DNA of 64,000 nt from an uncultured virus (IMG/VR IMGVR_UViG_3300045969_000082) (Duplodnaviria; Heunggongvirae; Uroviricota; Caudoviricetes). Below the pieces are notes generated by a model that saw nothing but the letters and a program-made list of their open reading frames with translations, did no database searches and was not told where the DNA came from. Made by a program: the position numbers and the translations under genes. Positions 39,536 through 47,741 of this stretch are shown piece after piece. The stretch is taken from IMG/VR virus record IMGVR_UViG_3300045969_000082; one strand, given 5' to 3'. The stretch's first letter is position 1. Every line of letters begins with the position of its first letter.

Positions 39536-39775
39536 ATGCAGCCCGCAGCTTTCGCTACCTACTTCGACACCTGGGCCGGCCCTATCACCGCCGCGCTGGT
39601 TCCATTCCGCACGAAGCGCAAGGGCGTGACGGTCACGCGCTACCGCTGGCAGGCCGCCAATGGGCAGGCCGTGGGCGGCTTCGCCTCGCCCTTCATGACC
39701 GTTGAGGGGGCGCTGCGCGCCATCGAGCGTCACGCCTGCTTTGCGGGCGGCGTGAAGGCGGAGGCGCAGGCATGA
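39536..39775 (+). CDS. Hypothetical early protein
   Basis: GAGGA RBS preceded by AATTGT hairpin. Confidence 0.6.
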   Translation: MQPAAFATYFDTWAGPITAALVPFRTKRKGVTVTRYRWQAANGQAVGGFASPFMTVEGALRAIERHACFAGGVKAEAQA

Positions 39776-39918
39776 CCATGCGTGTCACCGTCACCGTTCA
39801 CAACGCCGGCCCGCATACCATTTGGGCAAAGCTGGCCGCACTGCTTGGCCGTGAGCCGACCAATGCAGAAGCGGCGGAGGAAGTCCGGCGCATCCTGCGC
39901 GAAGCAAGGGAGGGATGA
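39772..39918 (+). CDS. Hypothetical small protein
   Basis: ATGA-coupled at both ends; LLGREPTNAEAAEEVRRIL. Confidence 0.55.
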   Translation: MTMRVTVTVHNAGPHTIWAKLAALLGREPTNAEAAEEVRRILREAREG

Positions 39919-40163
39919 ACATGTTGCAAGTCTGGGCCTATCCCGACCGCGCCGACGTGACGCGCTATGGCGTGTTCGCCCGGTTCAGCGACTTCGGCGG
40001 CACCGACGTCAGCTATTACTTTCACCGCCTCGGCGATGACGGGCGCATCATCGAATACGAGAACGGCGGGCGCTGCCTCGACGTGGTGTCCGGCGCGCGC
40101 CTCAAGACCGCCAAGCGCGTCGGCGCCATCGCCCCCGGCGACGCCTTCACCACCCCCGCCTAG
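39915..40163 (+). CDS. Hypothetical protein
   Basis: GGGAGG RBS; coupled. Confidence 0.65.
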   Translation: MNMLQVWAYPDRADVTRYGVFARFSDFGGTDVSYYFHRLGDDGRIIEYENGGRCLDVVSGARLKTAKRVGAIAPGDAFTTPA

Positions 40164-40251
40164 CGCCTTGCGTAACCGGCGCGCGCCGCCGGTTATCTGG
40201 CCGCTAGACCGCCAAAGGGCAATCGTGCCCGCCTATCGAAGGAGTCGACCT

Positions 40252-40380
40252 ATGAAGACCGATATTCACGCCACCCGCCGCGACACGTTCGCCAACCGGC
40301 CGGAAGGCCGAGTCCGTCGCGATGAACGCCGCAACGCGCGCACCGCAAAGCAGGCTTTCGCCTTTATGGCGTCGGTGTAG
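40252..40380 (+). CDS. Small Arg-rich protein
   Basis: AAGGAG RBS with AATCGT hairpin; RVRRDERRNARTAK. Confidence 0.55.
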   Translation: MKTDIHATRRDTFANRPEGRVRRDERRNARTAKQAFAFMASV

Positions 40381-40393
40381 GGAGGTGAGCAAT

Positions 40394-40699
40394 ATGGCTT
40401 GGGAAATCGAATCCCGAGGCATCAAGGATGAGATGCTGAAAGAACCTGGCCCGAATGGCCGCTGGCTGTTCCGTATTCAGGAAATGCCCGGCCTTGGCCG
40501 CGACGCCGTGCCTATCCGGCATACCATCATGGCCGCGCCCGACATGCTGGCGGCGCTGAAGCAGGCCGAGTCCGACCAAATGGCATATGTCGACCGGCTC
40601 TATCGCGACGGGCCTCGCATGGCCGGGAGCCTTGCGGAAGCGCGCGCACGCCTTGCGGCAACTCGTGCCGCCATCGCGAAAGCCGAGGGCGCGGCCTAA
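40394..40699 (+). CDS. Hypothetical phage protein (AAPDML...AAIAKAEG family)
   Basis: GGAGGT RBS; common phage C-terminal motif. Confidence 0.7.
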   Translation: MAWEIESRGIKDEMLKEPGPNGRWLFRIQEMPGLGRDAVPIRHTIMAAPDMLAALKQAESDQMAYVDRLYRDGPRMAGSLAEARARLAATRAAIAKAEGAA

Positions 40700-40783
40700 C
40701 CCGCCGCGCCTGCCCCTACCCCTGAAACCGCTCTGCCCGCGCTTCAAGCGCCACGGCGAAGCTATGCCCGAAAGGTCAAAACG

Positions 40784-42121
40784 ATGATTTCTTACACCGC
40801 CACCTATTCGCCCGAAGACAACAAATTGCGCCTTTATGCGTCGTCGCGCCTTGATGCCGAGACTTACCAGCGCGTCAAGGCCGCCGGCTTCGTATGGGCT
40901 CCCAAGCAAGAGCTATTCGTTGCGCCGAAATGGACGCCTGGCCGGGAGGATTTTCTTGTTGAGTTGGCCGGCGAAATCGAGCCGGAAGAGATGACGCTTG
41001 CCGAGCGAGCGCAGGCCAAGGCTGAACGCCTCGACAATCTCGCCCACAAGCGCCACCGGGAGGCCAACGCCTTTCAGCGAGCCGCGCAACAGCTTTCCGA
41101 AGGGTTCAGCGGCGGGCAGCCGATTCTCGTCGGCCATCACTCCGAGCGCAAGGCGATGAAGACGAAAGAGCGCATGGACGCTGCGCAGGAAAAGGCAATC
41201 AAGGCCGCGAAACTGGCTGATTACTGGCTCTATCGCGCCGATGGTGTTGAAGCCCATGCGAACTATAAGAATGATCCGCGCACCCGCGCCCGGCGCATTA
41301 AGACGTTGCTGGCCGAGCTGCGCGACCTGCAAGGCAATCTCAACAACTGCCATGCCGCGCTAGCGTTTTGGGGTCGTGTCACCGATGACGAGACAATCAT
41401 CAAAGCCGCAAGTTATGGCAAGTTCACCAAGTTCGGCGACCACGGCGCACTGGAACGCGGCGAGAAGACGCCGCAAGGTCTACGCGCTGAACGGATCGAA
41501 GCTTATCAGCGCGCCCTTGATTCCGGATATTATGAACGCTGGATTTCCCATATTCTGAATCGCCTTTCGTATGAGCGCGAATTGCTCGGCAACGTGCCGC
41601 GCCACGAAGGCGAGTTGCGGGAAACAGCGATTCAGATGTTCGCCCGCGAGCATGGCGCGGAGAAGCCGAAGGCGACGGCAACAGATTTCGGCTTTGTGCT
41701 GGAATCGCCCGTCCCGCTTCCCGCTCATATCGGCCAAGGCAAGACGCTGGAACTTTCGCCGGACGAATGGCGCGATCTCATGCGGGATTGCGGCTATTCC
41801 ATCCCTGACGTGAAGCGCAACGAAAAGGTGGCGATCGTCAACGTCAAGGCCGGCGCCATCATGGTCAACCGTTTCGGCAAGCAACAGGCAATTCCCGTTG
41901 TCGAGATGACCAAGGCCGAATACGGCAAGATTTACGCCGAGCAACGCGGCACCTTCACAAGCGCAGACGGCACGTTCCGCGTGAAGGTCTGCCCGAATCC
42001 GAGAACTGACGTTCCCCGCTATATGGCGGGATGGTGCGCGGTTTTCCTCACGGATTCGAAGGTTCACCCGACGCCGGATAGCGATTGCATTCTGGCTGAA
42101 ATGCCGGAGGCCGCAGCATGA
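40784..42121 (+). CDS. DUF3560-like protein
   Basis: ATYSPEDNKLRLYA...WAPKQ...GQPILVGHHSERKA. Confidence 0.8.
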   Translation: MISYTATYSPEDNKLRLYASSRLDAETYQRVKAAGFVWAPKQELFVAPKWTPGREDFLVELAGEIEPEEMTLAERAQAKAERLDNLAHKRHREANAFQRAAQQLSEGFSGGQPILVGHHSERKAMKTKERMDAAQEKAIKAAKLADYWLYRADGVEAHANYKNDPRTRARRIKTLLAELRDLQGNLNNCHAALAFWGRVTDDETIIKAASYGKFTKFGDHGALERGEKTPQGLRAERIEAYQRALDSGYYERWISHILNRLSYERELLGNVPRHEGELRETAIQMFAREHGAEKPKATATDFGFVLESPVPLPAHIGQGKTLELSPDEWRDLMRDCGYSIPDVKRNEKVAIVNVKAGAIMVNRFGKQQAIPVVEMTKAEYGKIYAEQRGTFTSADGTFRVKVCPNPRTDVPRYMAGWCAVFLTDSKVHPTPDSDCILAEMPEAAA

Positions 42122-42723
42122 GCCGCCCCGCGCATTTCAACCGGCCCGACAAGCCCTTGTTTCTGGACAGGCAGCGCCGTGAACGCTTCGGCGATCTGGA
42201 GAAGGTCGAGCTTGTCGAGCCCGTCATGGTCGACCGCGCCACGGAATGCCACGTCACGCCCGGCGACGTCGCGGCCCGCATGGTTGACTATCTCGGCCCG
42301 CAAGGCGACTGGTTGACCTTGGAGCCTAGCGCCGGGACCGGGCAGCTTTCCCGCGCGCTGTTGGCGGCCGGGCATAGCCGATACGAGCTTGTCCAGGTCG
42401 AGCGCCACATAAAGCTTGCGGCCGGGCTTCACGGCTTCGGATCGGTCGTCAATCGCTGCTTTCTGGAATGGGCCGGCGAAGTCGTGGGAAAGGTGGAGTT
42501 CCCGCGGGTCATCATGAACCCGCCATTTAGCGACGTGCGAAAGCATGTCGCGGCGGCGCTATCCCTAATGGGGCGGGGCGGGCACGCCGAGCCGGCGACT
42601 CTCGTCGCCTTGGTGCCGATCACGTTTCAGCACGACGACGCGGAGACGCTGGAAACCCTCCCGCCTGACACGTTCGCAACGGCGAAAGTCCACACCAAGA
42701 TAATCCGGATCGAACGCCGATGA
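42118..42723 (+). CDS. Amino (N6-adenine-type) methyltransferase
   Basis: LEPSAGTG motif I before IMNPPF motif IV; ATGA-coupled to the DUF3560 gene. Confidence 0.8.
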   Translation: MSRPAHFNRPDKPLFLDRQRRERFGDLEKVELVEPVMVDRATECHVTPGDVAARMVDYLGPQGDWLTLEPSAGTGQLSRALLAAGHSRYELVQVERHIKLAAGLHGFGSVVNRCFLEWAGEVVGKVEFPRVIMNPPFSDVRKHVAAALSLMGRGGHAEPATLVALVPITFQHDDAETLETLPPDTFATAKVHTKIIRIERR

Positions 42724-42863
42724 TCCGCGCCATTCTCTCCGAGCTCGCCGCGGCGAGCTGGCGCGACTGGCTCGCCTGCTTGGCCGAGTTCGCCGGAATG
42801 GCCGTCATTGTCGCGTCAATCGCCCTGATCTGCGTCGGGCTCGCGCCCGATCTGAACCCATAG
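42720..42863 (+). CDS. Small TM protein
   Basis: Coupled; hydrophobic C-terminus. Confidence 0.4.
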   Translation: MIRAILSELAAASWRDWLACLAEFAGMAVIVASIALICVGLAPDLNP

Positions 42864-42877
42864 GAGGATTCAGACCA

Positions 42878-43084
42878 ATGTCATTCTCATTCAAAACACA
42901 ACAGGCGGTTGTGCCCTATCGCCTGTGGCTTGGCGCTGGCGGCGTTCGCTACCTGCTGCACGGCCAATCGACGCCCGGACACAATAACGGCGTTCCGGTC
43001 AAATCTGTATCGGAAGCCAAAAGGATTGCGGCCGCTTGGCGTGAAAGCGGTATCCGCGCGCCTTATGATCCGCTCGACGCCTAG
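42878..43084 (+). CDS. Hypothetical protein
   Basis: AGGAGG RBS. Confidence 0.6.
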   Translation: MSFSFKTQQAVVPYRLWLGAGGVRYLLHGQSTPGHNNGVPVKSVSEAKRIAAAWRESGIRAPYDPLDA

Positions 43085-43177
43085 CAGGATTCCAGCCTTC
43101 ACGGCCGCCGTTGGTGGCCGTGCGGGGTGCAATCGCACCGCCTGGCAATCGTGCCAACCAACAGAAGGAGTCCAACC

Positions 43178-43594
43178 ATGACGGCAGTTTTCAAGGATTC
43201 GGACGGCGACTTTCTGCCCGTGCCGCGCGCCCGCTCTATGGCCGCGATTAAGCGCGCCAGCATGACGGCAACACGCGCCCGCCTGAAATCGAGGTCCATA
43301 TCGGCCAAGGAACACGCCGCCCTGCGCGCCTATCAGTACGCATTGGCAATGACCGGCAACGAATGCCCGCACTCGATTTCGCTGCGTCGTGAGGCTATTC
43401 GCTGCGTGACATTCGACCTAAATTCCGAAGGCCGCAGCGTCCCGCGCAATGTCTATCTAGGAGGCGCGATTCCGTTCGAGATTCCGAATTGGGATTTCGT
43501 GCCGGAGGAGCCGCGCTTGATTGTGGATCGCCCCGCGTATCGCGCGCCGTCGCATTTCTATTCATCCGCCTCAGCTTTGCAGATGGCCGCCTAG
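43178..43594 (+). CDS. Hypothetical protein
   Basis: AAGGAG RBS with AATCGT hairpin. Confidence 0.65.
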   Translation: MTAVFKDSDGDFLPVPRARSMAAIKRASMTATRARLKSRSISAKEHAALRAYQYALAMTGNECPHSISLRREAIRCVTFDLNSEGRSVPRNVYLGGAIPFEIPNWDFVPEEPRLIVDRPAYRAPSHFYSSASALQMAA

Positions 43595-43697
43595 CAGCCT
43601 CACCAGCGGGCGCGGGCTGATCTGCGCCCCCCTACACCAGAAACAACGCCAGCGCCCGCCACAGGCCGCGCTTGGCTGAACAGGAAAGGATTCCGAG

Positions 43698-44102
43698 ATG
43701 AAGACCTATTCTGTCCTGATCGCATGGAACGACAGCGACGACGAAGAAGGCGATTACGGGGCGACTGTGCGCGCCGCCGACCGTGACGAAGCCGAGTCCA
43801 AGGTTCGCGTATTGATGGCCGTTGACGATCAATTCGCAGACGACGGGCCGCGCGAGTATGGCCGCCTGCTCGATTGCACGGAAGGCGCAATGTGGAAGGC
43901 TGCCGATCTGGAGGCCGCATTGCGCGACATGCGCGTCGCCTATGGCCGCCTGCATGACTTCCTGTCCGACGCCATCGAAGGCGGAAGGCTCAAGGAAAGC
44001 GACCTGCCCGACGATTATCTGGCGATCGTCACCCAACTGGAAACCTGCGCCGCTGCCGATCACAAGGCGAAAGCGATCATCGCTGAAATCGACGCGCTCT
44101 AA
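43698..44102 (+). CDS. Acidic hypothetical protein
   Basis: AAAGGA RBS; D/E-rich. Confidence 0.7.
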   Translation: MKTYSVLIAWNDSDDEEGDYGATVRAADRDEAESKVRVLMAVDDQFADDGPREYGRLLDCTEGAMWKAADLEAALRDMRVAYGRLHDFLSDAIEGGRLKESDLPDDYLAIVTQLETCAAADHKAKAIIAEIDAL

Positions 44103-44143
44103 CCGTCATCCGCCAATCGTGGCGACCATAAAGGAGAACCCCA

Positions 44144-44629
44144 ATGACCGAACGCAATTTCGACGCCATCGCCTTTTTGTTCGATCTGGTTCAGCCTATG
44201 CTGACCGAGTTCGATGATTATCGGATCGACGGCGCGCTGAAGGCCGCCAAGGAGCAGCACGCCGCCGCCCTAACGGATTCAGCGATGTTCGACCTGCTTT
44301 GCGAGAGCTTCGACGCATGGAACGGCGAGGAGGTTTCCGTGAAGGAAGAACACGCCGACCTGATCGAGAAGTCAGAAGCATTCATCAATGCCGCACGGCC
44401 ACGCTTCTCCGCACCAATCTGCATGGAAGACCTGATAGAGAAGGATGCCGCCGACCGCGCTGCCGATCCCGTCAAGGCTGCGCTGCTCGACTGCATCGGC
44501 GCGCTGTCGGCCAGCATGGATCAAATTCATCAGATGCGCGGCATGTTTGATGATGCAGACGGCACGATTCAGGACGCGCTAGACGCCGCCGAGGATGCGC
44601 AGGCGAAGGCCCGCGAGGCGCTGGCCTGA
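44144..44629 (+). CDS. Acidic helical hypothetical protein
   Basis: AAGGAG RBS with AATCGT hairpin; D/E-rich. Confidence 0.7.
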   Translation: MTERNFDAIAFLFDLVQPMLTEFDDYRIDGALKAAKEQHAAALTDSAMFDLLCESFDAWNGEEVSVKEEHADLIEKSEAFINAARPRFSAPICMEDLIEKDAADRAADPVKAALLDCIGALSASMDQIHQMRGMFDDADGTIQDALDAAEDAQAKAREALA

Positions 44630-44805
44630 TGCGCGCTGTGCTCAAATATGTTCCAGCCCACGGGTTGCTTGTCACACTTTCCGAAGATGGGAAGCCCGAA
44701 CGTTCGCGGCTCATCATCAAAGCTGAGCTTGGGAAGGACGTCGGATTGGCGAAGTCCGCAGCTTTCGCCGCCCTTGCCCTTGCTGGCTATTCGGTGGGCG
44801 GCTGA
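44629..44805 (+). CDS. Hypothetical small protein
   Basis: TGATG coupling. Confidence 0.45.
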   Translation: MRAVLKYVPAHGLLVTLSEDGKPERSRLIIKAELGKDVGLAKSAAFAALALAGYSVGG

Positions 44806-44807
44806 CC

Positions 44808-45113
44808 ATGACGCGCATATTCGATATGCTGCGGTCGCCTATGGGGGACCGAATGCGCAGATACCGCTACATCAAGATGACGCCGGCCGAGATTTCGGCA
44901 GCGCTCCAACGCACCGGCCTGACCGTCGGCCAGTTCTCGCGGATCATCGGCGCCAGATACAACGGCCCGGACGATTCCACGGTCCAGAAATGGCTGGATG
45001 GCAAGCAGGATGCCCCGACCTATCTCCCGGCCCTGTTCGCGCTCCTTGCCCTTCCTGGGGGCGTAGAGACGGCACGTGAGGCGGCCGAGCGCTATATCGA
45101 GGAGGATTCCTGA
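44808..45113 (+). CDS. XRE-like HTH protein
   Basis: MTPAEISAAL...GLTVGQFSRIIG...TVQKWLDG. Confidence 0.7.
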   Translation: MTRIFDMLRSPMGDRMRRYRYIKMTPAEISAALQRTGLTVGQFSRIIGARYNGPDDSTVQKWLDGKQDAPTYLPALFALLALPGGVETAREAAERYIEEDS

Positions 45114-45289
45114 TGGCACGCCCGAAGCTTGGCGCGAGCGAAACCGAGCGGCTGCACGTCAAGATCACCGCTGATGAGGTGCGTGCCATAGAGGATTGGC
45201 GATACGAGAATCGCGTGCCGTCTCGATCCGAGGCCGTTCGCCGCCTTATCCAGATCGGTCTTGAAACCAGCAAGGGGGAGGATTCCTGA
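45113..45289 (+). CDS. Ribbon-helix-helix protein
   Basis: Hand-translated MARPKLGASETERLHVKI...IEDWRYENRVPSRSEAVRRLIQIGL. Confidence 0.75.
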   Translation: MARPKLGASETERLHVKITADEVRAIEDWRYENRVPSRSEAVRRLIQIGLETSKGEDS

Positions 45290-45645
45290 TGGCACGCGGC
45301 TGGAAAGGAAACGCGCTCGGACTCCAGAAATGGGAGGTCGAGTGCGCCCACAAGGCCAGGCTCGACGCAACCGAAGCCGTGGCGCACCTGATGCGGCAGG
45401 GGAAGACGTTCAACGACGCAAAAGCCGAGATCGTGAAGCGCGCCCGGTCGGTCTACAAGTTCAGCCGGCCGGAGCTTTACGAGGGATATTTGCGCTGTGT
45501 CAGCGATGTGCAGTTCTCCGACATGCCGCGCGACATCTTCCGCAAGATCGAGGACGATTTCCGGGCGTCGATCGAGAAGCAGCGCGGGAAGCCGTTCAAC
45601 TGGCTGGATCGGATTCTCTGGCGCGCGTTCGGAGTGACATTCTGA
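45289..45645 (+). CDS. Hypothetical protein
   Basis: GGAGG RBS; coupled. Confidence 0.65.
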   Translation: MARGWKGNALGLQKWEVECAHKARLDATEAVAHLMRQGKTFNDAKAEIVKRARSVYKFSRPELYEGYLRCVSDVQFSDMPRDIFRKIEDDFRASIEKQRGKPFNWLDRILWRAFGVTF

Positions 45646-46112
45646 TGGGAACCATTGACTGGATTGAAGTTGCCAAAATCGCCCTTCCGTTTTTCGGCGG
45701 TTTGGGCGGTGTGTGGCTCGGATCCTTGCTAACTCTCAGGCGCTTCAAATCGGAGCGCATAATTGAGCGTCAAATCGCGGCAATAGCCGATGTGGGGCAG
45801 GCGCTTTCCGAAATGGACCGGGTGATTTTCATGTGGATTCGAGAACTCACCCGCGAGGCAGAATATCCAAAGGAATATTCCGATGATCTCGAAGCGCGCT
45901 ACAAAGCCGCGCGCAGGCAGTTTGAAACGACATCAGCGGTTGCCTCACTTCTACTGCCTAAACATGTAAACGAGGCGTTGGTCGCGATGGACCGACAACT
46001 GAACGTCGGACGAGGCGTCGACCAGTTCGATAGCTTGTCCGCCGATGGGATCAAGATTCAAGAAACCCTAGACGTGTTGGTTGCGTATAGCCAGAAGCAT
46101 TTTCGTGGCTGA
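45645..46112 (+). CDS. N-terminally membrane-anchored protein, lower GC
   Basis: IALPFFGGLGGVWLGSLL TM then helical domain. Confidence 0.65.
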   Translation: MGTIDWIEVAKIALPFFGGLGGVWLGSLLTLRRFKSERIIERQIAAIADVGQALSEMDRVIFMWIRELTREAEYPKEYSDDLEARYKAARRQFETTSAVASLLLPKHVNEALVAMDRQLNVGRGVDQFDSLSADGIKIQETLDVLVAYSQKHFRG

Positions 46113-46121
46113 TGGCATGAT

Positions 46122-46913
46122 CTAGCCTGGCGTCTGATCCATCTTGAACGCCAGCGCGGATTCCGTGAGCCTGCGCGCCGTGAACCAGTCGGCCGCCGCC
46201 GGCCACCGCCGCACGATTTCCTCCTCGGTCATCTCCGCGCGCGGGTGATGCCGATCCAAGCTCCAAGCCGCGAAGTCGAGCGCAAGGCGAATGGATTCCA
46301 TCACGCGCTGCTCATTCTTCGGCTTGAGCCCAAGCCATGGGAATTCGTTACGGCAGATGATCGCTCGCAGAAGCACCATGCAAGCTGGTGGAATATCTCC
46401 CTCAAGCTGCGCCACGATCTCGATGCAGCGGAATTTGCTCACCCCGATATGGCGCGGCCCAAATGATCCGCCCGGCGTCGCCTCGAAGTCCGGGCTGCGC
46501 AGCGGCGTTAGTTCGGCCTTCTCAAATATCTCGGCCAGTCTGGTCGCCGTCGTAATCCGCCCCCTGCCCTCCGCCCATGCGATCTCCATGGCCTTGTCGG
46601 TACGGATTCCCTCTATCCTTGAATTCAGATGGCCTTTGAGCACAAGCCATTGCATCGCGTCAGCGGCGTTGTTGCGGCGGATATCGCGCCGGCCGTCGCC
46701 GTACCGCTCGATCTCGACAGGGCGGCCGTCGATCACCACCGGCGCGGATTCCGCCTGCGGCTTGCGGCCCTTCTTCACTGCTTTCGGCTTGGGTTCTTCG
46801 CGCGACAGATGGCGCTCGACCATGGCGTAGAACCTTACCCGCGCCTCGTCGGCAGGGATTCCGCTGACATGGCCGGGCATGGCCGAACAAAGCGATTGCC
46901 ACGGGACGCGCAT
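46122..46913 (-). CDS. Hypothetical protein at end of replication operon (late-regulator position)
   Basis: Last gene of the leftward cro operon; function from position only. Confidence 0.55.
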   Translation of the reverse strand: MRVPWQSLCSAMPGHVSGIPADEARVRFYAMVERHLSREEPKPKAVKKGRKPQAESAPVVIDGRPVEIERYGDGRRDIRRNNAADAMQWLVLKGHLNSRIEGIRTDKAMEIAWAEGRGRITTATRLAEIFEKAELTPLRSPDFEATPGGSFGPRHIGVSKFRCIEIVAQLEGDIPPACMVLLRAIICRNEFPWLGLKPKNEQRVMESIRLALDFAAWSLDRHHPRAEMTEEEIVRRWPAAADWFTARRLTESALAFKMDQTPG

Positions 46914-47200
46914 CACGATTCCTTCGCCACGTAGAATTCATCCGGCAGGCCCGGCTGATTATGGTTGCGGTCGAGCCGATGCGCCTTGAGCCGGTCAAGA
47001 AACCGCTGGCGCACCGCCACGGGCATCTCGGCCTTGCGATAGGGCAACTGGCTCACGACCCAGCGCACGGTGCTGTCGGTCATCGGGACGCTGTAGAGGC
47101 GCATGACGACGGCGATCCGGGCATGAGAAAGCCCGTGCAGGTGCAACACCTCAATCATAAAGCGATGTCTCGACGTGTATTTCGGAGGGCGTCCGCGCAT
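46913..47200 (-). CDS. Small HTH-like protein
   Basis: GRPPKY...GLSHARIA...STVRWVV. Confidence 0.55.
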   Translation of the reverse strand: MRGRPPKYTSRHRFMIEVLHLHGLSHARIAVVMRLYSVPMTDSTVRWVVSQLPYRKAEMPVAVRQRFLDRLKAHRLDRNHNQPGLPDEFYVAKES

Positions 47201-47373
47201 CAGGATTCCACCTCGGCCCGCTCATGCGTGGTGATCCGATGCCCGCACGCTTTGCAGACGCGGCGACGACGGATGCTGCCGGGCGCGAGCCGCGTTTCGG
47301 ACGTGCGAAACTCGCCGTGTCCGCACTTCGGGCAATGCAATCCGTTCTGGGCGGATGTGCCGATGGTACTCAT
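47200..47373 (-). CDS. NrdR-like Zn-ribbon-only protein
   Basis: CPKCGH...SETR...IRRRRVCKACGHRITTHE. Confidence 0.75.
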   Translation of the reverse strand: MSTIGTSAQNGLHCPKCGHGEFRTSETRLAPGSIRRRRVCKACGHRITTHERAEVES

Positions 47374-47741
47374 CCCCGCCTCCGCTTCTTGCGCTCGACC
47401 ACTACCTGCTTGCCGCGCTTGGCGAACACGATCTCGGCCGGCTTGTCGCCGAACACGCGCGCCTTCTCGGCCGCCGCGGATTCCTCCTTCTGCTTCCGCC
47501 ACTCCTCGATGCCGAGAATATCCGCCTCGACCTCCTCGACGTGCTCGACGCGGATTCGGTTGTTCAGGATTTCCTTCACCCGATCCTTTGCAACGCGGAT
47601 GGCTTCCGTCGCGGATTCGCAGAGCACCGGGCGCTTGTCCTTGAAGACCTGGCGCCACTCATCACCATCGAACAGGCGGTAAAGCGGCCGATACTTGCCG
47701 CCGATCGCCATCGAGCCGAATTCTGGGAGGAAATCGCGCAT
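47370..47741 (-). CDS. Hypothetical protein
   Basis: Coupled to dnaB-like stop. Confidence 0.65.
   Translation of the reverse strand: MRDFLPEFGSMAIGGKYRPLYRLFDGDEWRQVFKDKRPVLCESATEAIRVAKDRVKEILNNRIRVEHVEEVEADILGIEEWRKQKEESAAAEKARVFGDKPAEIVFAKRGKQVVVERKKRRRG

Noticed and set aside
41174..41185. GGCAATCAAGGCC as another copy of the early hairpin
   Set aside because: Inside coding sequence, loop differs, no downstream RBS
39300..46112. Independent plasmid/ICE inserted into the prophage
   Set aside because: No integrase, transposase, relaxase or terminal repeats, and it carries the prophage operator motif
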